From the NCBI GenBank assembly GCA_051362555.1, contig CM120646.1, positions 23,126,001 to 23,190,000 on the forward strand: a stretch of 64,000 nt of DNA. The letters run 5' to 3'. This document shows, one piece after another, positions 13,683 to 25,715 of this stretch (position 1 is the first letter of the stretch; each line of letters begins with the position of its first letter). Origin of the DNA: Lingula anatina. Lineage: Eukaryota; Animalia; Brachiopoda. Under the pieces are notes generated by a model. It made no database searches and was not told the DNA's origin. It was given only the letters and a program-made list of their open reading frames with translations. A program made the position numbers and the translations under genes.

Positions 13683-15154
13683 GTAGGTCAACAGAAGTTA
13701 TAGGGGCCTACTTGTACTAGTTCTGGAGAAAGGGAACAGAGTGATCTAATATTTGCCATGAAATATAAGACCTGGATTTATTGATTTGTGAAATAAAAGG
13801 GAATAATGGGTGGACATGTTATGCTACACCATTTTTCAGCTAAGTAGGATTGACAGTCAGAAGTGGATATTGTTTAGCTGGCTCAGACGATGTTGAAAAC
13901 TGCCTGAGATATCAAATATTTCAAGTTTGTGTCTGGATGACTGTTCTTATACTTTCTCTGTTATTGAAGAAGTGGGACTTATTTCTGCGTGATTTCTTTG
14001 GTAAAGACAAGGTAACTGCACTCTCTCCTTCTCTCTCTCTCAACCATTTTCTCTCTCATAGACACTCTAGATCTCTCTCTCTCACTCTTTTTGATGTTAA
14101 GTTCAGGAAAACCGGTGTAATACCTTGTATGTACCCAGTGCTTTACTGTTGTTTGCATGCAGTTTAAAACCGTCTCAAATAGCTCTAACCAGATCACAAT
14201 CCAAATTTAGTCTCATAAATCCTTACTGTTCACCAACAGTACCTCCAAATACCTTTCAAATCAAACCAGATCATTGAGTGATAAAACCTTTTTTGAAATT
14301 TAAATCAGGCAAAAAATTCAGATATTCTTGTACTTATGAATGTTCAGTATGTACTAGGAAAATACCCCTCAAAATTTTTATAATCAGTTTTCATTTACCC
14401 TGGCCACATTCTACATGGTGGCTTATCCTCAGCCTCAGTTTCAGAGATTAAAACAACCCTTCCCTCTCAGCATACAATGTACCTCTTCTGTTTCCGCTTG
14501 CTGATTGTGAAAGTTATTTCTATTACTCTTATGAATTCAAGGTGATCCATTTGATATTTCTAAATAAGTAACCTGTGTGAACATACGGTGCCCCAACATC
14601 TCTGGAGTTTTTTTTTTTTGTGTCAGTGGGCAATCTTTATGGGATGTGGCAACATCATTAAATCACCAAGCTATTTCAGTTTATCTCATACAGTTGGTGA
14701 TCTCCTTGTGTTTGTAGTGCTAACACTGTGACCTCTCCCCTTTAAACATTACGTAATTTTAGCAGGTGTTAAATACAAACGGTTCTATCTTATCTGTAAA
14801 CAGTAGCTTGAGCAGCAAAGTGCAATACAGATGCTTTTGGTGCTGTCTTAGAACTTGAATAGTTTGTGATCTGTTATTCATGAAAGAGGGGAATGCTAAC
14901 AGTAAGTATAAGTGGCTCATCACTGTAGGTAAAAAGAACTTCGATTGTTTCAGTTCTGTATATCTATTTGTATGATATTATATAAGTTGCACATGAATTG
15001 AATTTTATTTTATCAATATATTTCGAATTTTGGTATGCTGATAAAAGACAAAAAAAAAAAAAAAAAAAAAAAGAATGTGAAAAAATGTGCATTCCAATGT
15101 AATCAGTTCAATCGGTTGCAGTAAAGTATGTCTCTCTTTGCTTTCCTTTCACAG

Positions 15155-15206
15155 CTCTTTCATCTCAGTCTTTCACATAACCATTAATAACAGTAAAAAG
15201 TGATAG
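15155..15206 (+). other. Possible 52-nt internal exon
   Basis: Very strong acceptor tctctctttgctttcctttcacag|, weaker donor TAG|gtaaca. Confidence 0.3.
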
Positions 15207-15723
15207 GTAACAGAAATTCTCATCTTATTGATAAAGATTTAATTATGTTCAATGGCATAGTTCCATTTACCAGTATCAACAAAATCTTGACCTGCCTTAT
15301 CTCGAGTTGAGACCCATGTTTGAGTTGACCAAGTTTAACGAGTTTTACGAACAAACAAGCACCTGCCCCTATACACTGTACAGCTTAGGAAGACATCAAC
15401 ATATGTAGGCACTGAGGATGTTTAGTTGTAGAGTTTGGATTAGAATACTTCAGGATGTGAGTTTGGTGACACCAGTGAACATACAATTTATTCAACAACT
15501 GATTTTTGCAAAGAAAGGCAAGCATATTTTAAAGTTCTAAATGTATAAAGTGGGTAGTGTAAATCAACTTGGTTATCTTATAAATCTGCTGTTTGGTTCA
15601 AGTTGGATTGCTTCATGAGTGCAGTCTCAATCATTTAAAGTTTGTCTATTTTTTTGTGTTTGTATCTTCTAATAGCAATATTTGAGTGGAAGCATGTCAT
15701 TCAATCTTTTTTTTTATTTCTAG

Positions 15724-15764
15724 GTGTGTGGCTACAGAGTGGATATAGATCTGTTACATACCTG
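15724..15764 (+). other. Short internal exon A (41 nt), probably 5'UTR
   Basis: T-rich acceptor ...tttttatttctag| and consensus donor CTG|gtaagt. No ATG. Confidence 0.75.
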
Positions 15765-16812
15765 GTAAGTTGTTTGTAACATTTATTTCTGAGTTTGAAT
15801 GGTTAAAAAATTAGAAACCCTCATGGTATTTGTCAGCAGAATAATTTGATGTTTTGTAGGTTTATAGAGGGTGGAAATAGGAATTTTGTGTGTGGAAATC
15901 CTCAGATTAAGTTTTTAACATTCACAAAGAACTTCAATTCAGAATAAACCTCTAGTCATTTAAAACATGAATTGGTTTAAATCAATAGCCAGTACAATCC
16001 TTATATGAAACTGGTACAATTACTACATTTACTATTGATCATTTCTAAAATAATAGATAAAGATAATATTTGATAATGAATAACATGAAATAAAATGAAT
16101 AGATTAAACAAAGTGAATAAACAAATCAATACAATTTTTTCATGAAGAAGAAAAGAGCCTAGTATATATGACATGGGTAGTGACTGATGAATGTGGAAAC
16201 ATTAGGATATGTTACAAAAAAAAATTCTAATTCAAGTTTACCCTTTGTCTGGGCATAAAATTGTATTATTAAATACCCTTCTGATTTTGTAATGTAATTG
16301 TATTAAGTAAAAGTAAATCTAAAAAAAAAAAAACTTCTAATTTTAAATATCTCATATTTAAGACAGGAATGTCATGCAGAGGAAGAGCTTCCTGTAAAAA
16401 AGTGGAGATTCGCCCTGCTAAACGGAACTTAGTTTGCAATATTTAGTCCCTGATTTTCATTGTTTTGCAGGAATAGGCTTGGTCCAGGCCACTTGTAGAC
16501 TGAGGCATGCCTAATTACTGCACTTTTATTTCCTCTGGTTTGTTTTAGAAAACAATCTCTTTTTGTTTCTTAATTGCTGGCTGACACACAGCACATTCTT
16601 TGTCTTTTTAAGTTTCCTTGTTGACAAAATGGAGTGACGTTTTTCAAATCTAAAGGACCATTATTAACTATGTTCACATAATCCTTTTTCTTGACTTTTA
16701 TTTACATGTAAAAGCATGTGTATAAGACATCACTGTTCACACATAAAAGATGTATTTAGAAGCGAGGATGTAGAAGAACTGAAACCTTCTTTAACAACCT
16801 TTTGTATATATC

Positions 16813-17345
16813 GGTGGCTCTGTGGAATATTTTGAAGTCATTCAAAGTTTAATTTAGGTAAAGTGTCATTAAAAAGAAAACTTAGAACTCCCAAAAGAGC
16901 TGAAATTTATTCTCTCTAGGGTGTACTTTGGTAAGAACTTGAAACTAATTGAATTTTGTTTGGATTCTAAAGGTGAAATTATGTGAAAACAAAACTCGGT
17001 ACTGTAGTATATTTGGTCGAGTTTGAAATGGTTAGTGAAAAATATCATGGTGTTCCTTAAAAATAATGATGATAGATAAGAAATTTGCAGGAAAAAAGAA
17101 GCTTCTCTCACAAAGGAAATTTGTTTGTCTTTTCTTTAAACAGAAAAGAAATAAAGGGTCTATTGAATAGGAACATGATATTCTTGGTTATTTTTCATTG
17201 CTAAATGTTTGAATTGGTGGAAAAAAAGTTGCCAATATTTTCTCTGTAAAGCTGAAAACTTAGCGCAATTTTTTCCCTTTTAAAAGCATTTTGTTTAGCC
17301 AAAATTAACCAAACTGAGACGGATCAATTTTTCAGCAGAGCCACC
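16813..17345. mobile_element. Probable old MITE (~530 bp) with imperfect TIRs
   Basis: GGTGGCTCTG...CAGAGCCACC perfect 10-bp inverted ends, extending imperfectly to ~20 bp. AT-rich interior. TSD unclear. Confidence 0.55.
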
Positions 17346-18835
17346 ATGTTTATCCCTGGTTATATTTCATTACCTGTCAAAACATAGTAATATACAGTAT
17401 CTTCTCTAAAATGTTGAGGATGTAAACAAGTATTTTAAAAGCACCTTGTTTAACCCTAACTTACTTAAGTGAGACCAATGGTTTCCATGTGAGGTAAATA
17501 GTTTGAGAGTGAAAGAACATGGCAGCCTACATGCTCTCTAACTAGGGGATTGGATCTTTCATCAGTGGTGTAAAAGTAGCCAGACTGTAAGCTTGGGTGG
17601 TGGGTAAAACACAGCATTGGTTACAGGGCAGAGGAAGCTGTGCATGGAAGCTGTGCAGGAGGTTTGGAACACGGGGTCAGACGACTGCTATTGCAAAGGG
17701 GTGGGTTTCTTTCTTTTCCTTTTTTTTTGAAAAAAAAAAATGGAGTTCTTGTGCAAAATATTGGCGTTCTTAGAACTCAGATCATTTTTTCATTCAGAGT
17801 AAATTTTTTTTCTGACCAAAAAGGATGGTTTGTTTGAACACATCCCTTCACAGAATGCCCCTCTCCAAGCTTGGACGCCATAGTGGAAAAATTACTTTAC
17901 TGCTTGTTTTAAGGGAACTCTAGAGATAATTTCGTTATTGTTAAAAGGTTTCAAATGAAGATCACCAATATGCAAGACTGCAGTGCTTTTCTTATTGCAA
18001 AATTAATTTGTGATGTTTTAAATTATAAAAAGAGGTCTTATAATTATAAAAGGAAAACACCACTTCTTAGAGATATGCGTAAAATCCCAAATGGTCAAGA
18101 GAGTGAACCAGAGGACATTGTGACACAGACGTACAATTTACAACTGTTCAACAATTCTCACATTGTTCCCTAAAAATCTACAAATATTGGTTTAAGTTCT
18201 AATAAAACGCATGTTAAAATGTCGTGGAAAGGCTGCTGAAAGGAGGGGTTGAAGTTGTGTATTTTTTAGATCCCCAGACAGTGAAGGGGTTTAATTTAGA
18301 AAGTAATTCAATATAACTGGCTCCACAAAGAGGATCTAGTTATGTTTATTTGGAAAATCCATACTTGAAGGAGAAAGGTACTTGTTATGGAAAAGAGAAG
18401 GGGGGGGGGGGGGCACACAAAAATCTTTGCACAATGTAAATGGATCAATTTACAAGCTAGGCACCTGCCCTCAGTGACGTTAAAACAACAAAAAATTCAC
18501 TGAATGACAAAAGTCAATATGTGATTGCATGTAGAAGAAATACAGTTTTTTTTTTGTGGTTAACACTGTTAGATATAACTTCACTGCATGAACCCGCCCT
18601 AGTTAAAACTACCAATAATGGTAATTCACATTCTGCCAAATTAGAGCACGAAGGACATTGAAAGTGTACACTGTCTACACTATAATATGGCATAAAATTT
18701 ATCTAAGAAAAAACTGCCATTTTTGTGTTAGTTGGGGCATTGAAAAGTTTCTTTGTCCGTAATTAGATATAGTTAACCAGTAATGTATATGTACTGTATA
18801 CATATGGAAAAAAGAATTAGAACAACAGTACAGCG

Positions 18836-18920
18836 CCCCTCCCCCTCAGCCTCTGCCCACCATCCCCAACCACCCCCCCCCCCCTGACCCTGTATTTCCC
18901 CCCCCCCCCCCCCCCCCCCC
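18836..18920. repeat. C-rich / poly-C tract (G-quadruplex potential on - strand)
   Basis: Multiple C runs ending in a >20-nt poly-C. Confidence 0.8.
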
Positions 18921-20775
18921 ACAGCTATGCAGGTAATGTACAGAGTAACATAACAGAGATAACATTAATGAAGTTGTCAAATTTCTAAAAGACTACAAAG
19001 GATTCCTGCTGGTCAGTTCATATTCTGGTGGTCACAGCAGCTGACCAGGGATGTCCAGTTGTGTCCAGATGATTGACCACAACACTCTCTGACCATTGCA
19101 GACCACGTGGAATTGATATCAACTTGAAAAGCAAAGCTATCTCAGAAAGCCGTGGTATTTTTTCCCTTCCATTTGAAGTTCATAGCCTTTGACCATTCAC
19201 ACTTTTTCTTCGCTCTGAATGTAATTGGTTGGATGGACAAAGGTGTGAAGTGAGAAGTGCATTAGTTTAAGTATTAATTCCATAAAAGAGGAATTAAGCC
19301 CTGGAAGTTTGGGTACAGAATTTTTTTAGATGTAAGAAAAAAAGAATGGATTGAGAAAGACTCACAGACTAAAAAAAAAAAAAATCAATTAAAATGTTTA
19401 GCAGGTGCAATTGAATTGCTAATTTGAGGTAAAATATAAAATTAAATTGTACAATAAGTATTTCTAAATAATAAATTTTTCACATGTTCAGAAAAGTGCA
19501 CATAAATATGCACTCAGTTGCATTCACACATGCAGTTTACCATATGTAGATACTGGAAGATGATAGTCTTAATATAGATTTAATTTTTGGCATGATTTTA
19601 TTCCGAAGAAGATCTAACCCTGACAGCTGAATGCCCCATCTTAATTAAACCCACATTTCTCAAAGGTGAAAATTCTAGCACCTTTCTTTAATCTTGATTT
19701 GAAAGACTTGCTTGAAGACATTATTTTGTATGATGAACAAATTTGAGTCTAGTGTATGCTGCTTTTATGGACGCAGTAAAAATTTTTCTCCAGAAAAAAA
19801 AGCCAAATAATATAGAAGAAATGTGGTCATTAACTTGAATATGAAAATGAAAAACAAAAATGTAGAAAGTGAAAATAGAACTAAATCTTACTTCCGTGAT
19901 TTGGGGGACAGAGGCTTATGTTTGTACACTGATGAGTATGACTTTCATGATTTGAAAAGATTTTATTTCCTTCTCAGTTAAAGATAAGAGAAGTTATCTT
20001 GGAAGTTTAAATTCTGCTTGTTCAATTTTTCTTATTACTATAATCCGACTTGCAAATAAAAAAAAAAAGGTTAAGCAGGAGAAATCATACATGTAAACTT
20101 TTTTTTGAAAAAACAAAAATTCTAAACTGCACATTTCAGAGTTTTATGGCAATAAGCTTCCCAAATTGAATCAGCCTAAACACCTGCACCCCCTTCTATA
20201 GCAATGCACTAGTCCAGGAACACCCCAACTAAAAATCACTTGCTGAAATTCTGATTGATCTTCACAGTCAGCGGCTGGGGACAGACCAGGGACGGCCATT
20301 GAGAAGGTGTTTTGATCAGACATTCTGGACCCATGGTTTATCCATTAACATGGCAGCAATTTAGAGACACTATCATGTGGAAAGTTTGCTTTTAAATCAG
20401 CTGCCTCAGTCGAAAGTTTCAGAGTGCAGAAAAATTGGTGGAAAAATTGAAATTAATTGGGCAGCCCAAAGTGTGCAGTTAGTTGTGAAAATTGCCGAAT
20501 GATGATAAATAGCTTGGGGAGGGTTTTGATTAGTCTGGTCAAAGATGAGTTGATGAAGTATGGGGTCTGGGATGGTGAAATGAAGCTTTGGGACCAAAAC
20601 TGGGAAGGGATTCAATTTAGCAAGTGTTAAGAATTAGCACTGAACCATACTATTTGGTGTACCAGTCGGATATCTGTGTGCAGAAGTAGTCAGTTTGGCC
20701 AGCAACTTTGCCAACTACTGTAGGCTCTGGTACAAATGCACTGGTTCTGAAGTTTTACGTTTCTTGTTGTTTCAG

Positions 20776-20837
20776 AGTCATTCAGGAGTGGACATCACTG
20801 GTCATCCCAGCTGGCAGTCAGTTTATGTCCAGTATTG
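20776..20837 (+). other. Short internal exon B (62 nt), probably 5'UTR
   Basis: Acceptor ttttacgtttcttgttgtttcag| and donor TTG|gtgagt. Confidence 0.7.
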
Positions 20838-21920
20838 GTGAGTTGTGACTACTGTTATTACTATTGTTACTGCTGCTGTCTGTTGTATATGTTCACTGAA
20901 ATTGCTTTCTTTTCATGGATCCATGATTAAAGAATCCTAAGACTTTCTACAGAATTTGAAAAAAATTGGATAAAGAAGATCAGCAACTTTTTATACAAAA
21001 ATAGAATGCAAAAGATCAGCAAAGTATAAACTACTGAAAAAATAGAAAATACAGGTTTAGAAGCGAAGATATTTCAGGTAAAAAAAAATCAGTAAGACCA
21101 TAATCCCTAGAGCACACTGTAGGTATATACAATTTAGTACTTGCATTAGCTGAAGAGTACTTAGTAAAGTGGCATGGGAAAGAGGAAGAGGAAAAAGTGA
21201 CTAAATCCCAGGATTATTAAGATGGATTATTACAGCTTTTCAGTTAAGATGCCTTTTCGGGGTTGTACCTGAGATGATCCTCCCACCATGAAAAAAAATC
21301 ACCCTAAATCCTGGTAAATCCATAGAAGATGGCATCTACAGTTTTTTCATCCTTCATCCTTCTTCTGTAAATAGCTTAGCTGAAAGCAAAATTCGCTCAC
21401 ATTAAAAAAATTATTTTGCACATTAAGATATTTTAGACTTGGAGAGACATTTTGGAGGGCAGTTAATTATGTAGGGGAAGAGTTTGCAAGTAAAAATATG
21501 TATGTAGTTGTAGTTTCTGTCAAAGGAAAGGAGAAAAGGAAGCTTCGGTGGTTTTTACTGTGTGCCAAAATGAATCAAATTAGTTGAAACTGGAATAATA
21601 AAAATTGTATAAGGTAGTGTTTTTTGTTTTAAAAAAAGATATGGTTCACAAATATTGAACAGATGATTGGATATTCTACTAATTATGCCAAACAGATTTT
21701 TGTATCAGAAATGATAGACAAGTTGGAAAGTTCAAGGTATTTTTTTCCAAACATGTGTTTCTACTGAAGGTAATTGCTCCCGGGCTTTAGATTCTGTATG
21801 AGGAAATTAAAACAAATTTTCCAGTCTGATGGCTTAGGACACAGTATGGAGTGAATCTGGAAGAATTCAGTGTTTATTGATAGACCATGCTTGGAACTGA
21901 TTTGTGGTGGTGGATGGAGA

Positions 21921-21930
21921 GTGTGTGTAT

Positions 21931-21961
<31 letters not shown>

Positions 21962-21994
21962 GGGGGAGGCGGAGGGGAGGCGGGGGGAGGGGGG
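21921..21994 (+). repeat. (GT)n followed by poly-G / G-runs (G-quadruplex potential)
   Basis: Direct reading of the sequence. Confidence 0.9.
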
Positions 21995-24247
21995 CTGACT
22001 AGCTGTAAAGTCAAGTGTACTAACAACAGGAATCTGATATTGAATATGAAAAACTGTTGACATTTTTTTGGTTCAAATAGCTGAAAGAATTTGTGTTGTC
22101 TATGGATGCAGTGAGACTGATGAAAGTTTATCTTGAATTCCAATACATTGCACATGGCAGTGAAATACAAGAGGAGCACTATTTGGGCTATATCTTAAAT
22201 GACGTGAAACAGTTTGCAAAAATGTCAATATTTTTTACCAGTTTTTTTTTATCTCGCCTTTTTTTACCATTTTTTCTCATCTTTTTAAGAAAAAAAAACA
22301 GTAATTTATCATGTTAAATAACTTTAGCCATATATAAGCATTTTGACATATTAAATATATTTCGCTGAGCCAAAGTTTAATTTGAAATAGTGAAAACTTA
22401 GCAGAGTATATAAAAATGGTAGTGGAGTTGGGTAACTGGTAGTGAAAGAACCTGGACCTAAGCTAAGGAACCTCTCTAATGTTTTTAGATAGGAAAAGAA
22501 AGATATTAGAATACCCTGATGTTTGCATTCCTGTGTTAAGTGTTTATTTTCATGTCAGTGGGTCTCCCTATAGTACTGGGAGTTCAAGTTAGAGCAGGTA
22601 CATGTACATGGTTAAATCACTTCTCTGACCTCACTTGTAGCCAACATGGACTTCTGTTTTTAGTGTGTTCACTGTCAGTAATAGTATTTAACACATTTGT
22701 ACTCAAGAGGTACTGTACGTGTTGTACATTCTTATGCCAAGTAGGTTATTTCAGTGTGACACTAGAGAAATCTTTAGTGCTAGTTACAAATGACACTTTC
22801 TCTACACAGATTTAACTGTTGTTGAAACAAAAAACAGTAAATGATAGATTTTTAGTGGATACAATGAATATAAATATGATCTATTAAACTTTATTACTGC
22901 AATTGATATAAATAGATAAGATATCATCACAAATGATATGAAGTAGATAAAATGTTTGTCAACAGAATCAGTAGATGAGGTAGCATGAGCATACATGTTA
23001 ATAAAGTCGTCTTATAAAGCAAACAGATCTCCCCTGCTCTATCTCAGGACTTGGGTTTTACCAACAGAAATCTCAGAAGCTGATCCCAACAGGACATTAC
23101 TGATTATTGCATCACAATTAGGAGGCGATTAAGCTGTTTGATTGACACCACCATTGTTGATTAAATGAAGTCAAACACCTGAGGATGATTAAGCCCAGTG
23201 CTGCATGCAAAGGTTCTCAAACAAACCTGGTGTGCCATGTTTAGATCTAAAAAAGATTAAATAAGAAATGGAAGGACATTTAAGATTTTTCGCTCAAAAT
23301 GCACAATCCATTCCTGTAACTATTAGAGATAATAAGATTTCGCCCTGTGTTAAGTCAGAAGTGTCTAAATACACCCAACCTTGGAGCGAGCTTAGATCAA
23401 GGTTGATCCAGTTATTCTGTGTGAACTCTCCTAATTTTGACTGGCCATTTCTCTGGGAACTGCTCTCTGGAAATTACAGCTGGTTACATCACAGCGGTGG
23501 CTGCTGAGATAATCCAGTTTTGATTGACACCTTAGCTGAAGATAATTAAATTAGCTCTGGTGGATTAAGAGAGGTCATGTGGTCTGTGGGGTTCTAGGTG
23601 CAGACTGGATTCTGGAAGGAAATATTACTGAGAAAACATTTGTTGGTATTTGAAAATATCCAGGAGAGAATACAGGAGAGCAGAGGATTGCAGAGTTTAG
23701 GCTGTAGTTCAAATTGATTGTAAGTGCAGCTTAGATTTTAGTAGACACATGAGCACATACGCATGCACTTTTTTATGTTTTAGATATATTTCATATTTTT
23801 AAGATACTCGTTTTTGTTTTCACAGTGTTTTTCCATTGAATTATTTTGGCTTTATTTCTCAAAATTCCTTTTCCACTTCACACTTTCATATAATGAACAC
23901 CAGAGCAAATTGTCTTTTTTATCACAAAGAGAAGTAGATGAATTTAAAGTTCACTTTTACCTTGTAAACGTATTGATCGACTTAATTTTTTGCAAATTTT
24001 TTAAAATTATACAATGTATCTGTCATCAAGCTGTATACTGTATATAGTCTCCCCTGGACAGGAAGTTGGTTAATACTGACCGCTATGACCAGGTGGACAG
24101 ACAGAGAGAAGGGTGGACTGATGATAGATACTGCCAGGAAGATATGGCAGAAATTAGTCCAATTAGTCTGTAGATGGTAGGTTGAATGGTTGAAGAACTC
24201 TAAGTGACATTTTCAAGATGTGTCAGCTAAGGAAGTCATATAGTAAA

Positions 24248-24297
24248 GTCCACTTCTGCAGAAAAATGACCCTTTGAAATTACTGGCTACAGGTCTG
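24248..24297. mobile_element. Degraded terminus of MITE family A
   Basis: tccacttctgcagaaaaatgaccctttgaaattactggctacaggtctg aligns to the last ~50 bp of copy 1. Confidence 0.65.
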
Positions 24298-25572
24298 AAC
24301 CATCTGATACAAAATAGAAAACTAAAATCAGGAATAACCTGCAGCCATCATTAAGGAAGTTATGGAATCTCTGATATCAACAGTGCCGGTGTCTTAATTA
24401 GAGCTGAGGCAGGCCTCCACCTGTTTAATTGAATTAGTTAGAGGTGGTGAGTGTTGTCTGCTTCAGGTGGGCAGTTTGGAATGGGAAAAGCGGGGGATAT
24501 TTTTTTCCTCTTAAGAATAGTAATAATAAAATTTGAAAAAGAGAAAAAGAATCATTGTTTGGAAAATTTCTTTAAAAAGTGATGGACTGTGTGCACTGTG
24601 CAACCAAAAGAATACAGTTTTGTTGGTAAATGTATGAAAAATATGAAACTGTTGCAGATGTGAACTTGAAGGAAAAAAGCATTAAAAATCCTTGCGAAAT
24701 TATATTAACTTACAAACCATGGAATTTTGATAACTTGTTTTAATTGCAAATTATATGACATTGTCTCACAATACACAATTTTTTTTTTTTTTTTTATATC
24801 CAACCTGGATATGCAAGAATACATCTCCATTCTTTTGTTTATTATTTGTGTTTTAACACCAGTTCTGGTCTGTTACCTTCTTGTCACCCATTTTAACCTA
24901 GAAAGATTCATGTCCCATGGTTCCTGGCAATGGCAATAACAAAGTACAAACTTTCAAGACTTGTTTTCAGCAAAGATGCCAAACTAGAAGATTTGTGAGA
25001 GAATGTGGTGATTAATTTAGATTCTTCCATACAAATTTAACACTTGAATCTACATAGATTTCGTATGATACAGAAAAGGTTTCAGATGAAATGCATATTT
25101 TTGTATAGCAGGATGTGGATGAAGAAACTTCATGGATTCTGAGCATTTGCATTAAATCTTGTGGCAGAATCAAACAAATTACCATTTTGAATAAAATCCA
25201 TTCGATTTTCATTAAACCCACCAAGTTAAATTAATGAAGTGTGTAATCAAGATTATAGATTAAAGTTTTATCAAACAAGTACACGTTTAATCGGAATTAA
25301 GATTTTCCTTCAGATCTTACATATTAGCCATCAAAACAAGAACATAAAGCAGAGTACCTCAAGGTGACAGGATCATTTGTCAAATCTTTCCTCTCAGACG
25401 GCAGTGTTAGGGTCCATTGCTTCTACCCTGGTCTCTGGGGGTATATCACCAAGATTCTGTCTAGAAGGAGAAGACAGAACAAGACTGGGTTTATAAGGAC
25501 GCAATGAAAAGATATTTTGAAAAGAAGAAAAAAAAAGGACAGTGGGACTTAAGAGTGGAATTATGTAAAAGT

Positions 25573-25715
<143 letters not shown>

